Assembly (NCBI GenBank): GCA_965178125.1
Contig: OZ237735.1
Span: forward strand, 434,001 to 498,000
Direction: 5' to 3'
Length of the DNA stretch: 64,000 nucleotides
Source: Bilabrum cf. latius
Taxonomy: Eukaryota
Shown piece after piece: positions 13,419-25,300 of this stretch; positions within the stretch are counted from its first letter, which is position 1, and each line of letters begins with the position of its first letter. The position numbers and the translations under genes were made by a program. The notes under the pieces are model-generated. The model made no database searches. It saw nothing but the letters and a program-made list of their open reading frames with translations, and was not told the DNA's origin.

Positions 13419-16352
13419 ATGGAATCTACCCCCTTGCTTGAACTTGAAGGCTGTTTGGATAGCGAAAAATCCCTTGTAGTTCTAGATCCAGCACAGACTG
13501 GCTGCGTTTTTGACCGTAGTGTTGCTGAGAAACTCTGCACGCAAGAAGCGGCAAAGAAAGTATCAAGGCGGGGAACCATATTGTTCTATGGTTCATGTGT
13601 TAGTAGTGGCGGGTGGGCGGTTGTTTGTAAGCAGATAGTATCAAAAGTCCCGCGGCGAGACTGCATGCTGCTTCGGGGTGACCTTCGGATTCCGATTCTA
13701 CAAGACAGAGCACTTGCTGTGAGGTCTGGCGACGCCATGCTGGTTGGTAGCGGTATATCAGTAGTCAGGATAGCGCTGCGTCTTCGCTAGCGCGAGGCAG
13801 CAGCCCGATACTTATGGCAATTTGGTTTAAGCAGGTGCTTGTCGCCGCAACCACGTTCCATTTGCAGTGTATCAAGCCGACTGCGAATGATGGCCATTCC
13901 ACGTTCATATGTAGGCATATCGAATGCCTCAAGACTCGCTTCATTGCAGCTCATGTCTGACGAACAACAAGCAGACTCTAGTGTTGAGCACACTGGCTCA
14001 GCTCAGGCACGTAGCAGCTCTTGTCTCCCAACCGTACGTATGATAGCATCAGGTACTGCTGTTGCGTCAAATCTAGACAGCACTGGCTTCGGGTCAATGT
14101 GTGGTTTGGACGGTATTGCACTCGTGGCGCTGGCAGACCTGGACGTGGCTGCCAGCACACCAGGATTTGCTGCCATTCCCACCTTCCATACCGGGTACAG
14201 CCCCGGGGAGGTACAGACAGCAGTAATTGACGCCAAAGGGAGCCTATGTAGTAGAAACAGCGCTGTCCATTCCCCCATTTGCGCGGATCTTCTGGATTGG
14301 CCCGTAGCAGTGTCTCCTCAGGACCAAGGCCTGCTGCCAGCAGTGCCGGCCGCAAGCAGTGTAGGGCGCATGAACGTCCCCGAGACCACTGGCAGTGACT
14401 CGCAGGTTACGGCGAAGGATCGCAACGCATAGGAACCAGGGCGAGTTTCATCGCGTCTCATCTATAGGATAATTGCTCCTGGCTAGGCTCATGCTCGATC
14501 GAGCCGGCTCTTCGTGCGCTCCTTCACAGGCCCCACCCCGGAGCAGCTGAGCAGGAGTGCTTCCGCTGCTTCTGCGGCGGGCACCGCTGCAGGAGACTCC
14601 CACGGATACTGGCTGCTTGGATTTCCACACAGTGCTGTACTCGACTACTGCGTTGCATACCAGCGGCTGCGACGCCTGCTGCAAGTTGGTTGCGGATTTG
14701 CTGGCTCGGATAGGGAGACCGCCACAAGTGAGTGCAGCATCGCGTGCTTCGATGCATCGATCGCAGAGGCGGCGCCAGGCTCTGCGAGCACCGGAGATAC
14801 GCGGTCCAAGTCATGTTCCTCTGCGTCTTCTAGCGTGGACGCGTCGCAGGACGGCTGCAGTGTGGGGGTAGCCTCAAGTGAGCTTGGCAGCAGGCTGTCT
14901 TCGTGGGTGTCGAGCACTGCCTCACCGCTGAGCGCAGCGACAAATCGTCGCAAACCAGTGCATGTTGGTTCTGAGCGAAGCGGGCGGCTGTACCTTAGAG
15001 TCTTCACAAGTACATCGGCAGGCAATGTGTTGAAGTCCCTGCAAGACATGAGGACAGTTGGCTGCATTTGTGACGACGGCGCGCAGTTCGGAGGGTTTCC
15101 CTTGGACTTCTACACCCTTGCCCAGGGCAAGCCATAGCGGGTTTATCGGTTTCACGTAAGTGAAGGTGAGCTCGAGGAATGCGCTTCGAAGAGGCGAGAG
15201 GCTGTGCGCCAGCCCGTGTTCAAGCCACTGCTGAGAGCATGCATGCGAGATAGCAGGCTGGTGTTCCAAGGCACAGCTGGCTCATCGGCGTTTGAGGACT
15301 CGTCGGCTGCAGCGGCTGGTGCCACCGAGCAGGAAGGCGTGTCTCCTATTACCACTGTGGGACAACATACATCTACCGAGCACCCTAAACTTGGCAGCAA
15401 ACGACCAAGGAATGCCGCAGCAAGCAGCACTTGCCCGGCACCGCCCAAGGCTGCGGAAACGGAAGGCAAGCGAAGGAGGGTCAGCGCTGGCAACGCATCG
15501 AGCGTCTTTCAGATAGACGCGACATAGATCTGCAAGCAATTAACAGGGGTGGCACTGGCTAGACGAGGCGAGAAGACGTTTCAGTTCGTTGGAGGCAGGC
15601 AGGTGCCGTCCTTGTACCCGTACATCGACAACACGCCAAAATTTCGTCTGTCTGGTTCGGTGTTCTGGCAAGGACCCGCGAGCATTGGAATTTGGGATCC
15701 CTATCCAAAAGCTAGCATGCATCTTCTCTTCCTGCCCGCCCCTGGCACGCTGCAGCTGGCTACAAGCAGCACGCAGGCAGGGCCGAGGAAGCAGGTTACC
15801 CTCGATGGAACCCCACTGCGCGAGCCAAGCGCCTCCGATAGCAAGAAGACGGTTCGAACCATTGCAGATCTTACATGGGGCAAGCACGGCAATGCACTGG
15901 CGCGGTTCCATGCTGAGTCCCAAGCAGTGGCACAGCAATTGCTCGGCTAGCTGCAATCAGCCATGACTGCTTAGTCCAGGTTTGGACCGTTACGGATGTG
16001 CTACCACATTGTTCCCAGCTTGAGACCGCTGCACCTACATGCAATAACCATGGATATGAGCTCAGACTGCTGCAAGACGCGCAGGCATCTGTAGTCATTC
16101 TTGTCGGAAGCCGCCATGGACCCAGCTGAACTGGAGGCGCGGTTGAGGGCAAGCCCGCTGGCCGCCCTCGACCCGGGGTGGTGCAGAGCGCGGTATGACG
16201 CCGGCATGCGTGCAACCATCACGTGCAAACTTTGTGGAAGCGGTCACGACGGCTTCGCCTCGTTCAAACGGCACCAACAAACCTGCTTTGCGGGAGTCAA
16301 GGAGGCTCCAGCAAGCTCCGCGGAGCACCAGGCCTCGGGAGGTGGGCGGTGA
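13419..16352 (+). CDS. APTX: Aprataxin-like protein (C-terminal HIT domain + zinc finger) with long N-terminal region, about 977 aa
   Basis: IWDPYPKASMHLLFLP, YHIVPSLRPLHLHAITMDMSSDCCKTRRHL(TAG)SF and CKLC..KRHQQTC match the aprataxin HIT-ZnF. Six ORF fragments joined in frame through TAG only; TGA stop. Confidence 0.8.
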
Positions 16353-16431
16353 AGATGATGCACTGCATGATTAAAAAAAGGTTTTTATTTGCATAACCCT
16401 CTTTCGTATTCATATCCAGGGCAACAGGCAA

Positions 16432-19173
16432 TCAATCCGACCTTCCTCCGGCAGTCTCGTCGCGCACAGCAATGGCCCTCCCTAGCTGCAGGCCAAGCCA
16501 TCTCGCAACTTCCGCCAGCAGCCCGAGACGGCGATCCGACTCCGGAAGCGACTGCGCGCGAATCCACTCCGTCTGACCGACCCCGCCCTATGAAACCCCC
16601 AGCTCTCCACCATCCTTATGGAAGAGCGATCGCTCGAATGGAAATGTGCCCGGCGATGCTTCGGCAGCAGTGGCCATGATCGCTGACACCGGGCTGCGCT
16701 CTACTAGGTTGGCCACAACGTACGACTCTTGCTCGCTACCAAAATGCATCCGTATAGATGCAGCTGAGTCGTCCAGCACCGGCACTGAGTCTTCGTCCTC
16801 CCGGGCCTGGATGTCGCGCGCCGAGCCCATCACAAGGTCGCCAAAGTCAGCGAGCTTAACAACATCGTCCAAGTGCAGGGCAGCAAATGACGACGCTGCA
16901 TCCGACAGCCTCTACAGACCCAGCAGCTCCCCAAGCCGCCACATGGCCGCAAGGTTCAGCAGAGATACCCTCTTGGCAGCCTCTTGCACTGCGCATGCCC
17001 TGAGAGCCTCCACCATGAACAGGTCGGCTGCTTCGATCAGCTCGGGGAGGTGCTCATCGGGAAGCACGGCCAGTTCATCCGTGAGGATAAACACCACTAC
17101 GGCCTGGGCAACGCTGGGAGACATGTCTTGCAGCACAATCTCATCGCGACTCTAGGTATCCTAGTCGGTTGCATCGCTCCCAGTGTATGCAAGTGTGGCT
17201 CTGAAATACGGGCTGCGTTGCATGAAGATGGCCTTGGAGCCGTACCACGTCTTGCTACCCGCCACGAGCGCGATGTCCATGTAGCGTTCTGGATGCATGC
17301 CATGCCTTTGGAGCTCCATGCGCTCTGGGTTTGCAAGCTGCCTCCGCCACAGTCTCCCACAGCAGCACGCTAGCGCCATGCCGTGTAGACGCTGTCGCAG
17401 TGACGGGGGTGGATCATCTTCTGCCACAGCATCACCATCAGATTGAGCAGCACATGCAAATGGAAGACTGCCTGAACTACCGCGTTGTATTGTGATGTGC
17501 GTATCAGCCCCAGCCCCAGACGCCGGTGATGGGACGCTAGTCGCCATGCTAGAGAGATGCATCGGTACAGCATGTGTGGCCGACAGCGGCCGCACTCTGC
17601 ACTGTTTAATTCTGCGCCTATACATGACGTACCTGCTCGCTGTAGACCATTTGTTACGCAAGTTGGCGACATTGGTGTCTGGGCGTCCCGGCAACGCTTG
17701 TGGTGGAGTCCTTGCTGGCGATGGATACCCTGCAGATTCCAGCTCTGGCGTTCGCACTGGAGGTGCTGGGGTCGGCTTGCCAACGAGATCAACCTCCTCA
17801 GCGACGTCTATGGTCACGTGATACTTTCCGATAGTGATGTAGCCATCCAGGATTTCATCCCGGGGCTGTTCTTTGCCTTGCTTGCGACCCCTTCCGCGGC
17901 GGCGGCCCCTCGCAGCATTGCTTGTAGCCCCACCTCCAGCAGAGTTGGAATCATCCGATGTACCACTGGCCAGCTTCATGGCCGCTTCGTCGTCCAACTC
18001 CTGCCGCCGTGCGCCGGCCCTGCGCATTGCAGCAGCAAGCCACAGCAAGCCCAGAGCCTCCGCGAACAGGCTTGCAGGCAAGCACTTCGACCATGGCAGC
18101 TGAAGCCTGTCGGTGTAGCACAACTGAACCACTGCATGCACTATATCTGACGACACACCCGGGTGCATCACTCGCACACGAGACCTCGAGCGCCACTTTC
18201 CATTCGCTGCAAACCTCCGCTGCATCTTGGGCGAGGCAGAGGAGAGGACAAACTTGTGGCACTTGATCGTTTCCACGGTGTCGGCAGCTGTGGTGCTGGC
18301 TGCACTGCCACATGCAATGGTGGGAGTGCCGGTTGCTGGCTCCTGCTGCTGCTGCTGAGCAAAGCTGGCAGTTGCCTGCGGCATGCCAAGGTTGTCGCCC
18401 CAGCCCTCGGCCAACGGGGACTGTGCAGCTGCCCCTCGTCCTCCACCCGATCCCTTGGCTGTTCGACGAGGAGAACGGCCAAATCGCTATCCTGGGGCAT
18501 CGGTCTCGCGACTCGCCGTATGGCACTGAAAGGCGAAGTCTGGAAGGCCCTCGAATCGATCCGTGCTCGATGCTGCGAGTGATTGTGCTTGGCTTGTGGT
18601 GTAGTCCTGCGCGAATCCCTGCCGTTCGTCGGGAAGGCGTCCATTGCAGGTTCTAAAAAGTGTGGCCAGAGCTATCTGAACTGGGCTTTTCTGCTTTCCC
18701 ATCATCCTGGAATCCTTCAATAGTCGGCGAATCGAGTCGTTGAGAGCGGCGTACATGCAGCGTGCACCAACGAACAAATGCGGGTCTGCGGTCGCTCCTG
18801 CTTGCAGCAGAACCTTTGTGGCCTCCAAATAGCCGCAGCTTGATGTGTAGTACAACGGAGTAGCATCCCACTTATCTACAATGTTCGGTGACACCCCCAC
18901 GTCATGCACAAGCTCAATGATTCTATCTAAGTGATTCAATTTGGCCGCCAGCCACAGATCAATGTGCTTGTCGATGTTTCCATAGCCCTTACCAGATACA
19001 ATCTCTTTAGAACCTCCCGAAACTGTTCTGATAGTCCGGTATCGGTCCAGCGCACCACGATTAAGCTCAATGTCATCTTGGAGGACGGATTCCTCGGCGT
19101 CTATGTCTCTAACATCCCCAAGCTCCGAGCTCGACGCGCTGGAAGACGATTCCAATGTATCTAGCAAACTCAT
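16432..19173 (-). CDS. ABTB1: Ankyrin repeat and BTB/POZ domain protein, about 913 aa
   Basis: VDKWDATPLYYTSSCGY..LFVGARCMYAALNDSIRRLL (ABTB1 ankyrin), two BTB segments (KCHKFVLSSASP; GSKAIFMQRSPYF), C-terminal REDEDSVPVLDD. In-frame TAGs; TGA at 16432. Confidence 0.85.
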
Positions 19174-19345
19174 TGCAAGTAAATTTGTTGCGTAGGACTG
19201 TCCTTGTGGTGTGTGGCGAGAATATTGTTGCGCAGTAGTCACACCTCCTTTTGAAAAAATCAACCTTGAAGAATCGGGGCACCGTCGCACCCAAATAGCT
19301 TCAATCGTGATGAAATAGCGATAAGCTGAAAATCATCATCTGGCT

Positions 19346-22090
19346 ATGTCGTCTGAAGCCGTGTCAGGTCTTGCCCGCAGAGTAAAAGCAAGCATTCTGC
19401 CGGTCAGACTTTCCACTGCTTGGATTGAACGGTGCTTGGAAGAGCTGATTGTCGGAGGAAAAGACCCGCTGGCTGCAGACTTGCAGCAAACTGTCAAGGA
19501 AGTGTATGGAATAGCGATGCACAACGACATACGATCTTGGGCAGAGTCCAAGTGCATCCCAGCTTGCGCTTTGAACGGGGAGCGCGGCTTCATTGAAGGC
19601 CCAATCTTGCTTCAAGTGGACGAGACGGTGAACATAGGCGCGTCCGCAGATAAACGATTCGATGACACCAGGTCAAGGCTGCTGAAGCTTTGTCTCTGCG
19701 ACGGGTTTGATCTGGCCTTCGCAGTAGAGTGAGCAATTGCTCGTGGAGCCCAACCAAACGTTCTACGTTTTCTTGATCCATGCAAGCATGCACCCTTCGA
19801 GTCTCTGTACCGCAGGTTGCAGTCAATAGCTGACCTCAGCGTGTTTACCTTCGCGGGGGCAAAGGTGGTGATACGAAAGGCGGCAGTCCGCAGAGGACTT
19901 ATCCTCCTGACGCCGTCGAACACCCTCGTTGTTGGTGGTGCCGTTCCCGCTTTAGTACAGCAACAGCAAGCAGTGTTTGCCCAGCTGCGGCAGGTGCAGA
20001 GCAAGATAGCTCAATTCCAGGATGGTGGTTCTGACGGTCGAGTTGCAGTTGCAACAGGTGGTCGTGCTGCTGCAGCTAGCCAAGACAGCTCCGGCCGCCA
20101 GCACCAGGGCTCGTCCGAGCCAACTGCAGCAGCGGCGCACCGCCCATACAAAATCACAGGTGTATCAAATGAGAGATCGCATGGGGAGTCATAGGCATCG
20201 GGGGCTGCGTCTGGCAGCGGCGCGGCCGTTGCACGCCCCATCCCTCCAGCTTCGAATGGCAACAACCAAGCCCCGATGCTGGACGATGGAGACGACCTAG
20301 CCGATCTTTTTGGTGCTGCAGACGATGCTGGGATTGATGACGTGCTGGAGCCCACCGAGGACGAGTGGGCCATTGCTTTCGAGGCGGACAGCGGGAGCGC
20401 GGGTCAGTCCGCCGTTGGAGGGCCGGAGGCTGGTCGGTCTTCCAACAGTGCTGTGGACGGACCATCCAGCAGCAGCAGAGCATCGGCATCCTCATCCTCA
20501 TCCTCGTCGCCATCCGCAGCTGGGGGTCAGATGGCGCGGCAAGGCGTGTCCTCCTCGGTTTCGTCGGCAGGGCTGCTCAGCGGTGTGCAGGAGTCCAAAT
20601 CTCCAGATACTGGGCTCGTCGTCGCAGCCGGGTCAAAGTCAATTGCGAGTGCACACAAAGGAGGCATGGTAGTAGATTTGGAGTCTTCTGATGATGAGGA
20701 TAAGGAGGAGGAGACCGGCAAGGAGAAGAAAGGATGGTCCGGCCCGCATGCGCCCGCGTTACCCGGTGGACGGAGCGCTGTGTCTCGATCGGAAGCAGAT
20801 GGCGGAATCGGGGCGGCTCAGCGTCAAGGACCGTCATCTCCAACGCTTCACAGAGGTGCCTCTATTTCCAAGGCCATTCTGCGGGCCGGTCGCAGCTCGT
20901 CGTCCTCTACGTCGTCGCCACCTGCAGCTGCAGAATTCGACTACGAGATCGGCACGCAGCCGCCCTTTGGTGCATCATAGGCCGTTTCTCTCTAGGATCA
21001 GCGGCACGAAGCCAGCTCTAAGCCACTCTAGCAGCTGGCCCCCTCCGGCGAGCAATCGGCGCCCGTCTCTCGCTTGCCCTCGGTTAGCGACCGGTCGTTG
21101 CAGCAGGCTGGTTCCCTCGGTGGGGCCTCCCAAGGAACATCGGCAACAGAGCAGCGTAGGAGCCGGGGACACAGCGAGTCCTCTGACGAGCTTGTCATGG
21201 TTGCGGCGTCGGGTGACGCGAACACTAGCAGCGCTGGCGTGCCCAGTGCAGCTCAAGCTGCCTCTTCTGCTCCCGCTGCTGGTGCTGGTGCTGGTGCTGG
21301 TGCTGGTGCTGGTGCTTTTGGTGTCGTCGAGAGGGGTACCACGGGATCTGCCCTGCCTAGCATGCCGCTAGCCCGCGTGTCTCTCCAGGCACTACCCGCA
21401 CCGCCGCCTGCTGTCGCTCCGTCTTCTTCGTCGGCCGCCGGAGAGAGTCCCAGGCCTGGTGGTGAGGTTGTTGTGCCGTGCGTGGCGGTGCTCGAGATGA
21501 CGTCCACGCTGAAGTACCGCGGCAGCAGGTTCGCGCTCGGTGTCAGGCTTGCGTAGGTTCGAAGCTGGCCGCCAGCCGCTGCTTCATCAGCGTCCTCCTC
21601 GTCACCGTCAGCCTCGGACTCGAGCAAGCTAGTTACACTTGACGCCACGATCGGCCACGACTTCCTGCAGGCCCGTCTGGGATGCACCCCCGAACAGCTG
21701 GTCGAGCACCTGGGCCGCGGGAAGAGCAAGCCAGTGGACAAGCGGCAGAAGGAATGGCAGAAGGCCACCAAGAAGCGGTGGAAGCGCGCGGTGCTGCAGC
21801 TGGGCGAGGAAGTGGAGCAGTTCGTGGGGAGCGTGACGATGCGGCCCGCGTGGCACGGAGAACTGGCGGAGTATGCGGGGCAGTTTGCGTCCCCTGGGGA
21901 GACGGTTCCGTCGCAGTAGTCGTCCGAGATGTCCCACGTGGAGGGCCGCTCGGACGCCAAGCGTGGAGGGCAAGGGCTGAACGCCACGACTTGGATTGTA
22001 TCAGGCATGGCGGCGGAAGCAGATTCTGGACAGCCGTCAGGGGAGGTTGTGAGTTTGCTACGAGCACTCGAGAGTTGTGAGACAGCATGA
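19346..22090 (+). CDS. RMI1: RecQ-mediated genome instability protein 1 (N-terminal OB, disordered linker, C-terminal OB-like region); intron 19729-19815
   Basis: GPILLQVDETVNIG..RLLKLCLCDG..AVE|LQSIADL..GAKVVI..VRRGLILLTPSNTLVVGGAV. C-terminal region resembles RMI1_C. TAG-joined frames; TGA at 22088-22090. Confidence 0.8.
21278..21316 (+). repeat. (GCTGGT)n coding microsatellite (Ala-Gly repeat)
   Basis: Tandem hexamer within the RMI1 linker. Confidence 0.75.
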
Positions 22091-22309
22091 AGTGGAGGCG
22101 CACCCTGACACTCCGTCACGCCAACTACCCACCGCGACGGGACGAACCTTCTGCCTCGCCGGCGGCTGCCGGGCGGCACCTGTCGCGGGGTTTCACTTTA
22201 AAATATTTTCGAGTCGACATTGATTTGACAGTCACTCTCGCACACCGGCTCGTTTAGAGCACGCGTTGTGTTTTTTTTGTATCATACTGGTAGTAGTGTA
22301 CCGCATTCT

Positions 22310-25300
22310 ATGGTGTCACGGGTAAGAGATGCGCTAATTAGCGCCGGTGATATCAGCGACCTCGACAGGTGCTTGCAGGCACTTCAGGCCCTTTCTGACA
22401 GCCTAGCAGAAGTGTTTCCGAGATCGTCTGTCGCTAATAAGGACGTTATAATTCAGATGTTCGTGTAGCCTGGGGATAATTTGCTTTCAATCCTTAACTA
22501 GACGTCCACTGGTCGACTAGCGGCCGATAAGGACATCTCAGCAGCTCGTGCTCAGCTATACAGCACCCTTTCTGCTTCGGTTATAGCTAGCCTGAATGGA
22601 ACTTAGGCTCTTGGATCCCGGAATGCCAATCGCCCCGTGTTTAGGGCTCTTGCGTATGCTGCGTAGAAGCTACTTCTTCGAGAACGGGGTTCAACTGCAC
22701 AGCAGGCCGTGGCAGAGCTCCTTCGAGCGATTCTGGAGAGCGACTTGATCGAACCGGACGATGTCGATCTTAAAAGTATCGCCTAGGACTGCATGGAGGT
22801 GGCTAGCGCATCGAAGGTAGGAGCGACCGCAAAGGAGAACGTGTTGGCGCTGCTCGGTCGACTGGTTTCGCTGAGCTCGGAAGCTATGCCTGAACTGACA
22901 AGGCGAATTTTTCGGTTGGGCATGCATGAATTATAGAGAGAGATGGAAGCCGCGAGGCATGGGTCTGGTGCCAAGAGCGGTATCGTGAGTGGCGCACTGC
23001 GAGCACTTGCCTCGGTTCTTGAGGTCCAAGACGAGCTCATCAGTGGGAAAGAAGGCGGAGCATATCTGGAAACCATTTTCGAGTGAGTTGATGATTGCAG
23101 TGCCCCTCTTTCACGGAAATTTTGCCAAGCGCGTCGGCCTCTAGTGCTCACAGCCTCATCACTGGTGGATTCATCTGCTACACTTTCCTCGCAGAGCTGC
23201 GTTTGTTCGTGGTACCGTCATTGAGCAAGGGCAAACGCGGTTTGCTGTGACAGAGGCTTCCCTGCAACTGATCGCAAGCCATGCCCTTCTGTTCCGTCGA
23301 AAGATCAGAGACACGATGGGCGGCCTGCTCCCCAGGCTGCATGCTCTCTGCCACTGCAAGCACGAGCGTGTCGTCAAAGCCGCACCTGATGCCTTCATGG
23401 CCGCTATAGAGCAGATATCGGAGTAGTTTCTTCTCGAGGCATCCGTGTCGCCGCTTTGCATGCAAGTCTTCCGTGGGTAGAAGCCTGCAAACGGCACTGA
23501 TGCGGACCCGGGCGGATCGAAGGCAACATCCGGTTCGTCCGCCGCTGCCAGTTCTGCCAGCTCATCGGGGGCTGCTGGAGTAGGCAGTAGCAGTGACCCG
23601 CCGGATTTTTCAGGCTCAATTCCGATGGTCGACGAGGGAAGCGATGACCCGGCTTTGCTCGACCTGAAGCATCTCGATGACGAGCTTGCGAAGCTGTCTC
23701 CGGTGGAGGGGCAGCGGGTGGTCAAGGCAAGAGATGCAAGAGTAGACTTTGGCTTGCTTTTCAGTTTTTGCGTTGATATGATGAAGGGAGAGGCGACTCC
23801 ATGGCTCGCAGTCGCCGTCAAGCAACTGTGTGATGCCAGCGGGGGAGCTACAGGATCTCCCACATCACAGGCTCTGGTTGAGTGCCACGAGACCGTAGCG
23901 CAAAGGAAGCAAGCACTTGACCAGTGCTCCTCTGCAGCACAGCGGTTGGGAACCACCGAGGCACAATATGGTTTCGTTCGATCTCGTGATGAGTACATTG
24001 ACGCTCGCCGTCGGTGTGCTCAAGCCGCATAGGTTGCGATCGCCAGCTTTTCGGGCGGTGGGATTCAACTGAAGTATCGAAAGAAAGATGACGTGTTCCT
24101 TGGATGCCGCAGCTTTGCTGTCCTCGCTGCTGTTACCCAGGCACGATTCGGAGACAGTGTCGTGTCGCTTCTCGCCCGCCGGGTGCCACTCATTGTCCGA
24201 GATGCCGCCGACGCAATCGCGGGTGGTGACGACGCGTCAGCGGATAGAGAGGGTTTGGATGACACTAGTCTCTCTGCAGAGCGGCAGATGAAGAAGCAGC
24301 TCGCCTCTGTATCCACCAAGGTGAAGCGGGACTGCCTAGCTCTGTCTGTGAGTTTCAGGATGCTCACCTGCTGCAGATAGGTTGAGCCTGATGTGATAGA
24401 GCAGCTCGCGGCAGGCATGTCCAGAGCTGCATGTCAGTTTCCAGTGGTTACGACAGGCAAATCTGGTGGACGGCAAGCGATATGTAGCGCACTATTTTGG
24501 ATGTGCGAGTGCATGCGAACTCACCCTGCAACGAGGAGCAACGTGCTTTCGGCCATCTGCGCACCGCTAGCATAGGTAGCTCTGTCAAGGAGGCATGCAA
24601 GCACTGCTACGCTAAGACTGGAGCACCCGGTTACAAAGAGGCCAGTGACTAGACTCGTGTTTGAGATGGTGCCTCTTTTCATCTAGCTCTGCAGGGGCCC
24701 CTCTGAGCTGCTATAGCGTGCCATCATGGCGACAAGGCGTCGACGAAGCGTAGTGCTGGCTTCGGGCGCTGCTGCTGCATCCCAATCAGCCGCATCGTTA
24801 TCGCCTATAGAAAATGATTCTGCCGCCGTGTTGCTTTAGGGGATCCTCGAGGTCGTCCTTTCAGTTCTGCAGGAGGTCGACCTGTCTCTCAGCGTGAGCG
24901 GGCCAGGCGCAGCCCCGTCTGGCAGTGAACACGCAGGCGAAGACATCGCGGTGCTGACTGCAACGATGAGTGGCGACGTGGGCTATGCTGCCGGTCCAGC
25001 CCAACCATCTGGTCCCGCCAGCGGAGCGGGATCTGGCACGAATGCAACTCCAACAGTCCCCTAGCAAGCCCGACCGAGGAGTTAGAACGACTACTGGGCC
25101 TTCTCGGCTTGTGCAGATCTTCTGGTTTGTATTTTGCCTAACTTAGACGCAAATCAGCTGGTGCAGATTGCGCCTCAGGTGATGGATGCAGTAGAGAACT
25201 TGCTGCAAGAGCACTCGCATGAGTATCGGCTCTACACGCTCGCATGCGCTGTCATTCACGCTATCGATGTGTCGCAACCGATTCTAAGCGGGCAGAAAGG

